Shown here in pieces: positions 15,096 to 29,879 of a DNA stretch of 64,000 nucleotides. The stretch is taken from assembly GCF_009914755.1 (NCBI RefSeq), contig NC_060946.1; one strand, 5' to 3'. The notes under the pieces are model-generated. The model ran no database searches, was not told the DNA's origin, and saw only the letters and a program-made list of their open reading frames with translations. The first letter of the stretch is position 1. Each line of letters begins with the position of its first letter. The stretch comes from the human T2T-CHM13v2.0 reference genome, Homo sapiens. The translations under genes and the position numbers were made by a program.

Positions 15096-16600
15096 ATCCT
15101 TGCCAGAGGATCAGATCCAGCAGTGGACGATACTCAGAGAAGAAGGTTTGCAGACTCAAGGGAGCCCAGACGCAGAAAGGACGGCTTGCCCAATAAAACA
15201 CACAGCAGGTGTTTAGAGGAAAAAACAAGCCCCAAGATCGCCAAGCATCCTGGGTTCACTGCTTAAGATGGAAGAGGTGCAGCTCTCCTCTGTGAGGATG
15301 ATATTTGCAAAGGTTGCCAAAGGTCTGCAGACACTCAGCGCCAAAAGGCAGGGCCGTTAGGGGAAGCAGCGGCCTCTGCGAAGACTCCAGGTGTCCTTTA
15401 CTTGGGGGACTGGAACCAGACAGGCAGCCCTTTGTGCTGTCACTGTGGTTTGGGGATGTTCCATCTCTGCTGCAAGCTGCCACTTTTTCCTCCTTCCTGA
15501 GGGTGGGGTGTGATGGCCACACTTACTCAGCTGGAAGGAGGGCAACTTGTCAGTTTTGATTTCGTGAAGACCAAGGAAGAAAAGCTGTGAGATGCTGTTT
15601 CTGGGCAAAGGGATATCGCTTTTCATTCAGCAAATACCCGCTCGTCTCCCAGATGCCAGGCAGAGCGGGAGCACCCAGAGAGAGGGCGCCTGGAGGGGAG
15701 GCTCTGGACGGGGTGGATTTCCCACCAGTAGACCACAGGCAGTCTGGAATTCTAGATGTCACCTCCTGGACTGCCTGAGTTGGCAGAGCCCTTAGAGGTC
15801 ATCTCACCCAATTTCGCCATTGTCTATTTGGAAAACTCAAATAGACAATGCCCAGAGGAAGGAAGCAATGTGCCCTTTGTCATCAAGCGAGGTAGTGGCA
15901 GGAGCAGGGTGGTGCTCGGGCTTGCCGTTGTCCCGCCCAGCGAGCTGGCCACGGTGGTACTGGGCCTCTCAGAGCAGGGCAGCATCCCCCAGGGGCTGTG
16001 AGCAGCACCTCCCCTGCCCGGGAGGGGAAAGAGCTAAATTCTCACTTAGCAGCAGGATGCTTCTGGGCCTCATTACGATGGTGCAAATTAATATTTATCA
16101 TGCAATTATTCATCTTTGTAATTGCTAGTATTTCAAAGGGAGCGCAGAGGCTTTCATTAGAACACTTGGAACGTTATTCAGATGAAATGTCAAAATGAGC
16201 AGCGTCCCTCTCCACACTGGCAGCCCCTGTGTCCAGCTGCCTCCAGAAGGTTCCCAGCACCGGGGTCCACACAGCCGTGTTGCTGCCACTTCCAGGTGCT
16301 GGCTTGGGGTTTGGGTCCATTTGTTAGAAATCTTGACTTCTGGAAACCTGGGGGCATCTGAAGCCAGAAACTCGAGATTCAAAGGGCCTGGTGGACGTGG
16401 GACTCCATGAACATGAGCAGCAGAGCCTCTGAGGGCAGAGACAGGACAGTGTCATCAGGAGCCCCCACATCCTGCTGCCCCTCTGCACCCACCTGGCCGG
16501 CCTCCCTGCCTCGCACCCTCACCCCCTCCGGCCACATGCAGCTTGTGGCTTCCCTCCCTTCCCCTCCCTCCTACCTGGAGGCAGGTCTCCTTACACCCTG

Positions 16601-16749
16601 CCTCCAAGCCCACCACCAGGTGTGCCCGCCAGGGCTCTACCCTCCTACCACCTCCAAGCCCACCACCAGGTGTGCCCGCCAGGGCTCTACCCTCCTACCG
16701 CCTCCAAGCTCACCACCAGGTGTGCCCACCAGGGCTCTACCCTCCTACA
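16601..16749. repeat. 50-bp minisatellite x3
   Basis: Unit cctccaagcccaccaccaggtgtgcccgccagggctctaccctcctacc(a/g) at 16601, 16651, 16701. Confidence 0.95.
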
Positions 16750-17989
16750 GCCATCCAGCAAACATTTTAAGGTGTCTCTTGCCCTTTGAGGTCCATAGAA
16801 CACTTTCAAATATTGGATGTTTCGTGGCAACCTAAGAGGATAAGAAGGTGGGCTCCAGTGGTGAAAAAGCAAGATTTGGAAAACGGAGACCCCCTCGCCC
16901 AGGGGTAGCAGTGCCTAGGCCACCTGCAGCATTGACATCAGCAAACTGCCAGGGAGGAGAGTGGAGGCTGCAGAACAGTCAGGTGCAGGCAGGGGCCCAG
17001 GGAGGAGGCGAGACCTGAGCAGGGGTGGAGCAGAGGGATGGCCGGTGGTGGGGAAGGAGGATGGGGATGGAGGAGGAGGAGGGTCAGACATGGCGCCCAG
17101 TGCCTGGCCTGGGCAGCTAAAACGGCAGCCCCAGGGGAGATGGGAGGCTCAGCCTGCGGTGAACTGAGGGGCCCGGGGCTTCCTCGGGGGATGCCAAGGC
17201 TGAGGATGCATGGGGGTTGCAGGAGGGCACAGGCAGAGGCTCAGATGAGAGAGTCGGGGTCGTGGAGATACCAGGAGCCATCAGAATTTGAGTTGACCCA
17301 GAGAGAGGCACAGAAAGAGCGGAGGCAGCCGGGACAGGCCCCGAACACACACGGCCAAGAGGAGGCCTGGGAGGGGCATTCAGAGGGAAGGGGCCTCAGA
17401 AATGGGGCAGAAAGGAAGGTTCTAGACAGCAAAGGGGCACAGGGTCAGGTGCGGCAGGGAAGGGAGGTGTGGGTACAAATGCGGTCCCCTAAACAGGTTG
17501 AGATCCTCACCCCCAGCACCTGTGAGTATGACTTTAAAACCTCACCCGACGGAATCCAGGAGGTGGGAGAGTGTTCTGGAAACAGCAACATCCCCCACAA
17601 ACGAAGCTTCAGTGACTTCCTTGGGGCCCCTAAGTTCTGAAGGCTCTGGATGTCTGAGACTGGGTCCCAGCCACAGCAGCCTCTCCCGATCCTAAGGCAC
17701 TGCTAGAGGACCCCTTGGTGATGCCCCATTTCCCTTCCCCGCCCGACTTACGCTCCCAGGACCAGCAACAACAGCTAGAGTGAGGTATATTCCTAGAGCT
17801 CTGTCGTTTAACCCTCACGGTGGCCGAGTGGGCAGGTGTGATGATTTGCGCATCTCCCAGGGAGGAAACCCACACATATCAGGGGAACCACAACTTCTCC
17901 CAGCTCAGAGAGACAGAGCTGAGCCCTCACCTGCTGGCTGTCAGGTCAGGCCAGCCTCCCACTCCATGACACAGAACGGACCTGAGGGG

Positions 17990-18110
17990 ACCCCTCGGTG
18001 AGGCAGGCCTGGGCTCCAGTGCCGGCCCTCTCCCGCTGTGTGGCCTCGGGGAAGCCTCTTCCCCTGTCTGAGCCTCTGCATTCTCATCTGTAGAATGGGG
18101 ATGCTCTGTC
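17990..18110. mobile_element. MIR SINE fragment
   Basis: 'tgtgtggcctcgggg...ctgagcctctgcattctcatctgtagaatggggat'. Confidence 0.65.
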
Positions 18111-18593
18111 CTGCCTTCCAGAGCGTTGCTGATATCAGAATCCAGGTGTGGAACTTGGGCAGCAGAGTAGCGCCGGTGCCCTCCAGGCCAGCCCATTCTG
18201 TCCAGGCTCCAGTTCGGCAGTGGACTCCTCCTGCCCTGACCCTCACCCTCCATCCGCCTGTTTCCCGGGGTACGCTAGTCACCACGCTAAGGATGCCCTG
18301 GGGCCAGATACCCTTATGCCCCACCTCCAAGCCCACCAGGTGTGCCTGCCAGTGCTTCACCCTCCTGGGGCTCCACAGGCATCTGGCACCTTGAACCCAG
18401 CAGGGCCCCTGGAGACAAAACCCTCATCTACCTTTCACTTAAGCAGGGCCAGAGAGAGGCAGCCTCCTTTCCTTTGCTTTTCAACTGCTCCCAAACCAGC
18501 CCCGAAGCAGCCTGCCATGAGGCCCAGACAGCCTGTCCCATCCCAGCCCAGGCAGGATTAATATGCATGTATGGTAATCAGCGAAGCCCAGCA

Positions 18594-18608
18594 ATTTGCA
18601 TAACAATC
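18594..18608 (-). promoter_or_regulatory. OCT4-SOX2 (POU-SOX) composite motif
   Basis: Minus strand GATTGTTATGCAAAT vs consensus CWTTGTNATGCAAAT; motif only. Confidence 0.55.
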
Positions 18609-18893
18609 AGAGGGAGTGTCCCCTCTCCTGGACTGCTTCCAAGGGCAGCTCCCACCCTGGTTCCCCACAAGACAGCAGGGGAGGGTATGATGGGGCCTCT
18701 GGACCCCCCAAGTGCTAGACCGGTGGCCTGGCTTTCAGCCCTGGAGGCTTCAGCCTGGAGAGGGCGGGATAGGTGGGGTACGGGGGTCCTTGGGCAGGGG
18801 AAGATACCAGTGAGACACTCATCTGACTGTCTCCAGAACTGTTTCCCGCATTCTTGAGGCCATGCTGGGGAAGCAGGAGAGAAACAAGGGTGT

Positions 18894-19058
18894 GGCCTCT
18901 CCTGGGCCTGCGTCCTGGGGAGGTGTGGAGTTGGGGGGCTCCGGGAAGGGACTCTGCTCGCCTCATCGAGGGGGCCTCTCCTGGGCCTGCATCCTGGGGA
19001 GGTGTGGAGTTGGGGGCTCTGGGCAGGGACTCTGCTTGCCTCATTGAGGGAGCCTCTC
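18894..19058. repeat. ~79-bp tandem duplication
   Basis: 'ggcctctcctgggcctgc.tcctggggaggtgtggagttgggg...gggactctgct.gcctcat.gaggg' twice (18894, 18973). Confidence 0.92.
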
Positions 19059-20393
19059 TTGAGCCTGAAAAATTGGGAAGGTGCCAGGACTCCCTTATAA
19101 GGTCGTTTGCCCTTAAGGAGATGGAGGAGAGTGTGTTCTGGAAGCAGCACCGTCCCCCATAAATGAAGCTTCTTATGACTCGGCTGCTTGGCCAACCTCA
19201 CGGAGCCCCTTCCTTGGGCCCCTGGGGACACAGAGATGCCTGGGCATGGCCCCATCCCTTCTTAAGGGCTCGGCAGAGAGCAGCCAGGCCCTGCAGATCA
19301 CCCTCATGCACGGGCCAGTCCAAGGTTTCCAGCATCTTGGTAGCTCTGCAGGCAGCGCCCTTCCCCGAGGGGGTCTTAGGCTGTCCCTCCGAACAGATCC
19401 CCACTTGCAGGAGGCTGGGCTCTGCTCTCCAAATGCTTGTCCATAATAATGAAACCCTTGCACATCTGCCCAGCACCTAGGAGCTGTCCAGAGTACCACC
19501 ACATCCCGACCCCTATCACCCCGTGACGGCCCCTCAGTGGGCACTGGAACAGTGGAGCTCAAAGAGGAAGGATCTGGTGCCACCACGCCCCACCCCAGAT
19601 CAGAGGTAGGAAAACCCAGGACTCAAGAGAGCTGGTCCAGGCCCTGCCCACCATGTCCATCACCCAGCCATCCATGGGCACAGTATGAGCTGGCCCAGGC
19701 CCTGCCCACCACGCCCATCACCCAGCCACCCACTGGCACAGTGCCCAACCACTCTTCTCCCCCGCCCCCTGCCTACTCTACTCAGTGACCAGATGAATCT
19801 TCTAGCTCCTCCTCTGCCCTGACCTCAGGTGACAAGCTGTGGCTTGCTGGGGAAGCCCAGTGGCTCACCGGGCACCAAAGCCCTCCCTGCAGGTGAGGAC
19901 CAAGGAGCCCACCCAGCTGGTGCGGAGGCAGGAGGGACACGTCTGCCCTGCACTCTGAATCATGCAGGCATTTGATCCTTAATAACAATATGAGGAGGAG
20001 CTGTATCAAGTCTCAGGGTTTTTATGGGCCAAAAGTGATCCCACATTGGCAATTTCGTATAGTTCAATGTGATCATAATTATTAAGGTGTTAGGAGCCCT
20101 CTTAACAGAGCAGGCATCGTTCCAAGTTCTTTACACGTGTTTACTTCACCAGCATTTCTGACAGCCGTATCAGACGGCCCATGATGAGGACATAGAGCTC
20201 AGAGAAGTGAAGTAACTAACTCAATATCACACCTCTCCCACACACCTAACAGAATGGCTAAAATGAAAAATAATGACACCAGACACTCACAAGGATGTGA
20301 AGAACCCGGATCATGATATGCTGCTGCTATGGATGTCTTGGGACAGACACACTGGAAAAACAGCTTGGCTATTTCTTAAAAAATCTAAACATA

Positions 20394-20757
<364 letters not shown>

Positions 20758-20840
20758 TCATAGCAGCTTGACTTGTCATAGCCAAAACTGGAAACAGCCC
20801 TGATGTCCTTCATCCACCAATGGTTAAACAGGAACATCCA

Positions 20841-21142
<302 letters not shown>

Positions 21143-21765
21143 AAACAGGAACATCCAGGCCGTGGGACCGTACTCTGCAGTAAAAAGGAACTATTAATCC
21201 ACTCAGCAAGCTGGAGGAATCCAGGGAATTAGGCTGAGTGAATAAAAGCAATCCCAAAAAGTATGATGCAGCACAAGTCCGTGTATACATTTTTGTAATG
21301 AAAAAACTTTAGAATTGGAGGACAGATAGGTGGTGCCAGGGATTAGGGATGTGGAAGAGGGGTGGGTGTGGCCATAAAAAGGTAACTCCAACTCCAAGGA
21401 TTCTCATGGTGATGGAGCTCTTCCACACCATGACAGGGGTGGTGGAGACAGGAACCTGCACAAATGATAAAGCTGTACAGAATTCACACACACACACACC
21501 CACGCACACACACATACACACTAGTACAGGCAAACTGGAGAAATCTGAATAGGATTGGTGGATTGCCCCAGTGTCCATTTCCTGGTTGTACTATTATTGT
21601 ACTATAGTTTTGCAAAATATTGCCATCGAAGGAAACTGGGCAAAATGTGTAAAGGACACCTTCCTGTTCTTCTTTTTTTTTTTTTTTGAGACAGAGTCTT
21701 GCTCTGTTGCCCAGGCTGGAGTGCAGTGGTGCCATCTCTGCTCACTGCAACCTCTGCCTCCTGGG

Positions 21766-22395
21766 TGGTTATAAGTAAAATGCTTATTCCCTTAGAAATG
21801 CTTGTTCCTTGGTGCCAAAAAGAACAACTAGAGCTCAGACAAAGAATTTTCTCAGCAAGGCAACTTTGCTTTCTGCAGAAAGGGTGCTCCTCACAGATGC
21901 AGCAATGGCGAGAGCACACCTGAACAAAGGAGGGAAGCAATTTTTATCCCTTATGCGGTTTGTCCCTGCTACTGTGTCCTGTCTCCATTGGCTGGAGCTG
22001 GACCTCACAATCTAAGCTAAACCTGACTGGTTAATAACTTAAAACTTTCCTAAATAGGTAAAGTCAAGGGAGAACAAAGGAAAAGAGGAAGTTGCTTATG
22101 AAAAGACTTAGAGAAGTAATAACATTTCCAAATAAAGAAGGTGCATAAGCTGTGAGCTGGGACATGCCTGAGCATGTCTAGAACAAATACCTTGGTTAAA
22201 GTACAAGGACATAGAATGCACTCATTCCCTTATATCTAAAAGCTACCTAGGATAGGGCTTAACAAACAGTTATTAGCACAAAGCAAGGAGGCTTGAAGGA
22301 AGTTAGCCTTTAAAAGAAACTATTATTTCTAACACTTATGATTTATTCTTTAACAAGAAGGGAAACTTTGAAGAGGAATCTTTTTACTTTCCACA
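21766..22395 (-). mobile_element. ERV1 solo LTR, LTR10 family (LTR10B-like, HERV-I)
   Basis: TG...CA ends, 5-bp TSD CTGGG (21761-65 / 22396-400); minus strand begins TGTGGAAAGTAAAAAGATTCCTCTTCAAAGTTTCCC as in LTR10B-type consensus (recalled). Confidence 0.82.
22160..22179. promoter_or_regulatory. p53 response element
   Basis: GGACATGCCT+GAGCATGTCT: two perfect RRRCWWGYYY half-sites, zero spacer. Confidence 0.75.
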
Positions 22396-22580
22396 CTGGG
22401 TTCCAGTGATTCTCCTGCCTAAGCCTCCTGAGTAGCTGGGATTACAGGGGTGCACCACCATGACCAGCTAATTTTTAGTAGAGACGGGGTTTCACCATGT
22501 TGGTCAGGCTGGTCTTGAATTCCTGGCCTTAAGTGATCTGCCCACCTCAGCCTCCCAAACTGCTGAGATTATAGGTGTGA

Positions 22581-22898
<318 letters not shown>

Positions 22899-23320
22899 TA
22901 TTACTTCTTACAACTGTGTGTGCATCTACAATTATCTCTATGTTTTTAATTAACATTTTCTTTAAAGATGGCAAATTAAAAAAAAAAAAGGCTGTCACCA
23001 CCCAGAGGAACCTAATGGGACATGACAACTAAATGTCATGTGGGATCCTGAGTGGGATCTTGGATCAGAAAAAGGATGTTAGGTTAAAAACGAACAAAAC
23101 TGAATAAAATATGGGCTTTTGTTAATGAGAACGTTAGCAACATTGGTTTAATACTCGCATCAAATGTACCATGCTGATGCAAGATGCTAAAAATAGGAGA
23201 ACTAGGGGCAGGGTGTGTGGGAACTCTCTGTATTATCATCTTAATTTCACTTGTAAGTCTACAAATGTTCTTTAAAAAAGTCTACTTAAAATTTTTTGAA
23301 GATACCAAATAACTACTTTA

Positions 23321-23826
<506 letters not shown>

Positions 23827-24161
23827 TTAGGTATATTCATACAATAGAATAATACAAATAAAAAGGGAACAAACAACTGCTCCTTTTTGTAAATGGGCAG
23901 ATCTTGTGAGAATAACGATAAACAGAAGAACTCAGACAGAAATGGCTCTGGCTGGGATGATTCTGGGGACGTGAAGCTCAAGAACAGACAAAACTACCTG
24001 CAGTGCCAGAAGCCGTGGCACCACCAGGGTAGGAAATGTGCTGAGGGAGAGAGAACACAAGGACACCTTGGCCAGGTGGCAGCCACAAGGGTGTATAGAT
24101 GTGTATGTATGTTATCATACATTTTTTATAGCAAAAATAAATTTTGAAAAAAGATCACACA

Positions 24162-24870
<709 letters not shown>

Positions 24871-25044
24871 TACACAGCAGGAAAATGTTGAAGCCAAGTA
24901 GGAACCCAGAGGTCTGGTTTGCAGAGCTTTAACCGTGACGACCCCATGCTCATTTTCCCAAAGAAGACTCTAGAAACCTGAACCCGCTCCCCCCATCAAC
25001 TCCCTGCTGCCCCAGCAAAGGGCTCCAGCTGCTCTGGATGATGT

Positions 25045-25242
25045 GGAAGCCAGGGCGCCATTGACATTTTGTGCAAGGTAACTCCCTGTGGTGGGGCCTG
25101 ACCTGTGCATCGCAGGCCCCAACCACGCCTCTGGCCTCTACGCAGTAGCGCCAGCAGCCCACCTCCCCACAACTGTGACAACCAGAAATGTCTCCACACG
25201 AGTGTCTCCTGGGGGGCAAAGTCGCTGTGCTGAGAACCGCGG
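25045..25242. mobile_element. MER20-like hAT-Charlie DNA transposon relic
   Basis: 'ttgacatttt', 'tgtgacaaccagaaatgtctcca', 'cctggggggcaaa...tgagaaccgc' match MER20 as recalled. Confidence 0.7.
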
Positions 25243-25287
25243 CTGCATGGGAAGTTGGCACACAGCCGGGAGAGTCGGCACCAAAGA

Positions 25288-25465
25288 GGAATAACAATTA
25301 AAGCGGCGATAATAAATGCAACAATAACAGTGACTGTAGAAACAACAATAATTTTGATAATCACAACCATAACAAAAGTGATCGCAGTAGCGGGGATAGC
25401 ACCACGCACAAACTCACAATGCAACAGTAGGGATAATAAACAGCATGACACGGCTAATGACAGCA
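25288..25465 (+). repeat. A-rich degenerate trinucleotide low-complexity region
   Basis: ATA/ACA/ACC-periodic sequence. Confidence 0.6.
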
Positions 25466-26649
25466 CTAGTGTGGGGGTTTGCTGACAGTGGGTGCACTGG
25501 GGTCCTGTCTCTCCAGCCCCCTGTGAAGACCCAGTGGCCACCTGCAAACCCAAGGAGAGAGCCCTTGCCAGGAACTGAATCCACCAGTCCCTCGAAGTTG
25601 GGCTTCCAGCATGCAGAAGAGGGCAGTTATGGTGTCTGAGCCAAGCTCAGAACCCTCCCCCCCATCTCTCCAGCTCCCTGTCCCTGTGGAGGTGACTTCA
25701 CCCTCTCTGAGAACAGGATCCTCCTCTATAGGTGGCCAGGTGGGTCAGCTGAGGTCATCCCTGGAGAGCACTCAGCCAGGGGCCCGGCTTCCAGGGAGTA
25801 TGGTAAATGGTCCCTGCACCTCCCGGGGGGGATCTGTGCCCAGGGAAAGAAGAGGTTTTTGCCCAGGCCTGCAGGTTGGGCCCTGAGCATCAGGAGGGAT
25901 CTGAGGATTCTCCCTGGTGCTTGGTTTGTCTCCAGAAGGAGCCCAGGACTCTGGAGACTCGGGTTCCAGTGACTCTGCCCACACCTGGCTATAGGACTCG
26001 GGCCAGCCCCTCCACCTCCAGTCTCGGACAGAGAATGGAAAAACGAGCTCTGACCTTTAGACTGACCTCCAGTCCTGCTGTCCTTGGAGCCCTCTCCCTT
26101 CTGGTCAAGTCCTCTTTTTTAGGGACACTTCTCCCCAGCCCCGCTTATGCCCAGAATGGCCGGTGACAGGCCAGTGTAGCCACAAATCCACGGGGAGCCA
26201 AGCTGGGGGTTCTCCGTGTCCCTAGTAAATGCACCTCCCTTGAGCAGTTTCTCAACAGGAGGACTCCCAGTGCCTGCTAAGGAAACAGAGAGCCAGGCCA
26301 CCAGGACACCTTAGAGATCAAAGGCCACCTGTTCCTAATTAAGCAACAAAGTCGCCCTCTCCACATCTTAGCACTGCATGGGGTGCCCACGCTGGCCCCA
26401 CAGCTGAGGCTCCCGGTCCCCACCCCATCAGTCCCCAGGTGCAGACACAGGCGTGCCAGAGCCCAAGTCACCGGGCCACCTGGGAACCTTTGCTACCCGC
26501 TCTTCTGCCCGGCAAAGGAATGGGAGGAGGAAAGTGTAGGCAGGGAGGGCTTCTGACCTCTGGTTCTGGAACCTTCCACCCAACACACCTGCACACCTGC
26601 TCACACCCGTGAGCCAGGAAACAAAAGTCGGGGCAGGAATGACCAAGAT

Positions 26650-26830
26650 CAGTCAGGGAGGGAGGCGGCCAGGATGAGCCCCCACCCAGGCCAGCCCGGG
26701 AGGAAGGGAGGCAGGATGACTCCCCACCCAGGTCAGCTTGGGAGGGAGGCGGCCAGGATAAGTCTCCACCCAGGTCAGTCCGGGAAGGAGGGAACCAGGA
26801 TGAGTCCCCACCCGGGCCAACCCGGGGCCC
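26650..26830. repeat. ~42-bp imperfect minisatellite x4
   Basis: Recurring 'caggatga.tccccacccagg.cag..cggga' units. Confidence 0.8.
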
Positions 26831-26894
26831 CTCTCCACACGGCCACTTCCTGTTCCCAGAGGCCCTGAGACTGCCACATCCACCCTCCCTGCCC

Positions 26895-28005
26895 CACACA
26901 TGCACCACCCACCAGACACACTGACACACCACACACATACACACAGGTATGCACACACGCACACACGCACACACACACCACTCCACACTGGATACACACA
27001 CCAGACAGCCACACCACACGCGTACACACAGGGGCATACATACACACACACACACACCAGACACACATTCACCACACAGAGACACACCACACACGTACAC
27101 ACAGGCGCACACATACACACACACACACACACCAGACATACATTCACCACACAGACACACCACACGTATACACACAGGCGTGCACATCCACACACACACC
27201 AGACACAGATTCACCACACACACAGACACACCACACATGTACACACAGGCGCGCACATACACACACACACCAGACACATTCACCACACACACCACATACA
27301 CACACCAGACACACACGCACGACACACACAGACACACCATACATGTACACACACACACACCACACAGGCACACCACACACGTACACACAGGCGCACACAC
27401 ACACCAGACACATTCACCACACACACCACATACACACCATGCCAGACACACACATGACACACACATTCACCACACACACAGACACACCATGCATGTACAC
27501 ACACAAACACCAGACACAGACACACCACCCACGTATACACAGGCACACACACACAACACACCAGACACATTCACCAAACACACACACCACACACACACAT
27601 ACCTCACACACACCACACTGGACACACACACAATACACACATTCACCACACACAGACATACCACACATGTACACACACACGGCAGACACAGAAACACCAC
27701 CCACGTATACACAGGCACACACACACACCACACCAGACACATTCACCACACAAACACACACACACCACACACACACCACACTGGACACACACAACACACA
27801 CATTCACCACACAGACACACCGCACATGTACACAAAGGCACACACAGCACACACACACCACACGCACATGCACAGCACACATGCCACATAAACACACACC
27901 AACCACACATGTGCACACACACACCACACACAGCCACCACACACACCACACACCTCATGCACATACCACACTCATTCATACACACCACACACACACCACA
28001 CACCT
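26895..28005 (+). repeat. CA-rich degenerate repeat array
   Basis: ~1.1 kb with recurrent 'caccagacacattcaccacacacagacacaccacac.tgtacacacag'. Confidence 0.95.
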
Positions 28006-28374
28006 AGGCGGAAACACTGGCACACGCATTCACACCTAGATGTACTCAAGCCACACACACACTTTCCAGCACTGGGTGCAGCAGTGAGGAGCAGCACGAA
28101 GCTGTGCCCAGCAGACAACAGAAAATTAAGGTGACACGACCATACTCTACGAAAGGAAAAAGGCACCCTGTCCCTTCAGCCAGGCTGGGCCAACCCGGAC
28201 CAAGGCTGCTGTGCACCCATCCTCCCCCCAGCACCCTGGGGAGGTCCAGACGCACCCACCTGCCCCAGCAGAGCAGCCTCACGTGCGGTGTCCGGGCTCC
28301 CCGAGGCCCAGAGCGCCCGTGGCTGGCCTGGGGCTGCTGGACGGCGGCTTCTCCAGGTGCAGAGGGAGAAGGGA

Positions 28375-28403
28375 GGGGCAGGGGCAGGGGCAGGGGCAGG
28401 GGC
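28375..28403 (+). repeat. (GGGGCA)5, potential G-quadruplex
   Basis: Five G4 tracts with 2-nt loops. Confidence 0.75.
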
Positions 28404-28699
28404 GTGCATCCTGCCTCCCATGCTGTGCCCGCACTCCTGAGGGGCAGCCGCAGCTTTTGAATTCCCTGGGGCTACAGAGAGGTCTGGACTGGAGAGTGCA
28501 GACAAACAGACGGACAGACAGACCGACAGACAGATGGACAGATAGACAGGGCTCCTGGGCGGGAGCTGGGGGAGACGCAGGGGGCCTCTCTGGGTGGATT
28601 TCTCAGGGGTGGGGGCTCCAATCGGCCAATACCCTTTCTGGGCAGCCCACCGAAAGTGTGGTGAGGCATTGGGTGTGGTGGAATTTCAAGCAGAGGGGC

Positions 28700-29850
28700 C
28701 TGTGGAGTGAGTGTGTGGGTGTGTGTATGTGGTATATGTGTGTGTCTGTGTAAGGTGTGCGTACTGTGTAATGTGTGTGTGTATGTAGATGTATGTGTGT
28801 CCATGAGTGAAGGAGCATGGTATGTGGTGCGTGGTGTGTGTCTATGTGCGATGTGTGTACTGTGGAGTATGTGTGTGTGTGAGTGTGTGATGTGTGGTGT
28901 GTGTCCGTGTGAGGTGTGTGTACTGTGGAATGTGTGTAAGTGTGTGTGGTGTGTGGTGTGTGTGTGAGGTGTGTGTACTGTGGAGTGTGTGTGAAGTGTG
29001 TGTGGTGCGTGGTGTGTGTCTGTGTGAGGTGTGTGTACTATGGAGTGTGTATGAGTGTGTGTGGTGCGTGGTGTATGTGTGAGGTGTGTGTACTGTGGAG
29101 TGTGCATGTGAAGAGTGTGTGGTGTGTGGTGTGTGTCCATGTGAGGTGTGTGTGCTGCATGGTGTGTGTGTGAGTTGTGTGTACTGTGGAGTGTGTGGTG
29201 CGTGGTGTGTGTGTGAGGTGTGTGTACTGTGGAGTGTGTGTGTGTGAAGTGTGTGTGGTGCGTGGTGTGTGTCCGTGTGCGGTGTGTGTACTGTGGAGTG
29301 TGTGTGTGTGAAGTGTGTGTGGTGTGTGGTGTGTGTCCGTGTGAGGTGTGTGTACTGTGGAGTGTGTGTGTATGAAGTGTGTGTGGTGCGTGGTGTGTGT
29401 CTGTGTGAGGTGTGTGTACTATGGAGTGTGTATGAGTGTGTGTGGTGTGTGGTGTGTGTGTGAGGCGTGTGTGCTGTGGAGTGTGCGTGTGAAGAGTGTG
29501 TGGTGTGTGGTGTGTGTCCATGTGAGGCGTGTGTGCTGCATGGTGTGTGTGTGAGTTGTGTGTACTGTGGTATGTGTGTGAAGTGTGCTGCATGGTGTGT
29601 GTGTGAGTTGTGTGTACTGTGGAGTGTGTGTGGTGCGTGGTGTGTGTGAGGTGTGTGTACTGTGGAGTGCGTGTGTGTGTGGTGCGTGGTGTGTGTCTTT
29701 GTGAGGTGTGTGTACTGTGGAGTGTGTGTGTGAAGTGTGGTGCGTGGTGTGTGTCTGTGTGAGGTGTGTGTACTGTGGAGCGTGCGTGTGGAGTGTGCGT
29801 GGTGCGTGTCTGCGGGTACAGGATGAGTCTGTGGGTGTGGTGTGCGTGCC
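28700..29850 (+). repeat. TG-rich degenerate repeat array
   Basis: ~1.15 kb with recurrent 'gtgaggtgtgtgtactgtggagtgtgtg...gtggtgcgtggtg'. Confidence 0.95.
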
Positions 29851-29879
29851 CACGGGGGTGGGAGAAGCCCAGGGGTGAG

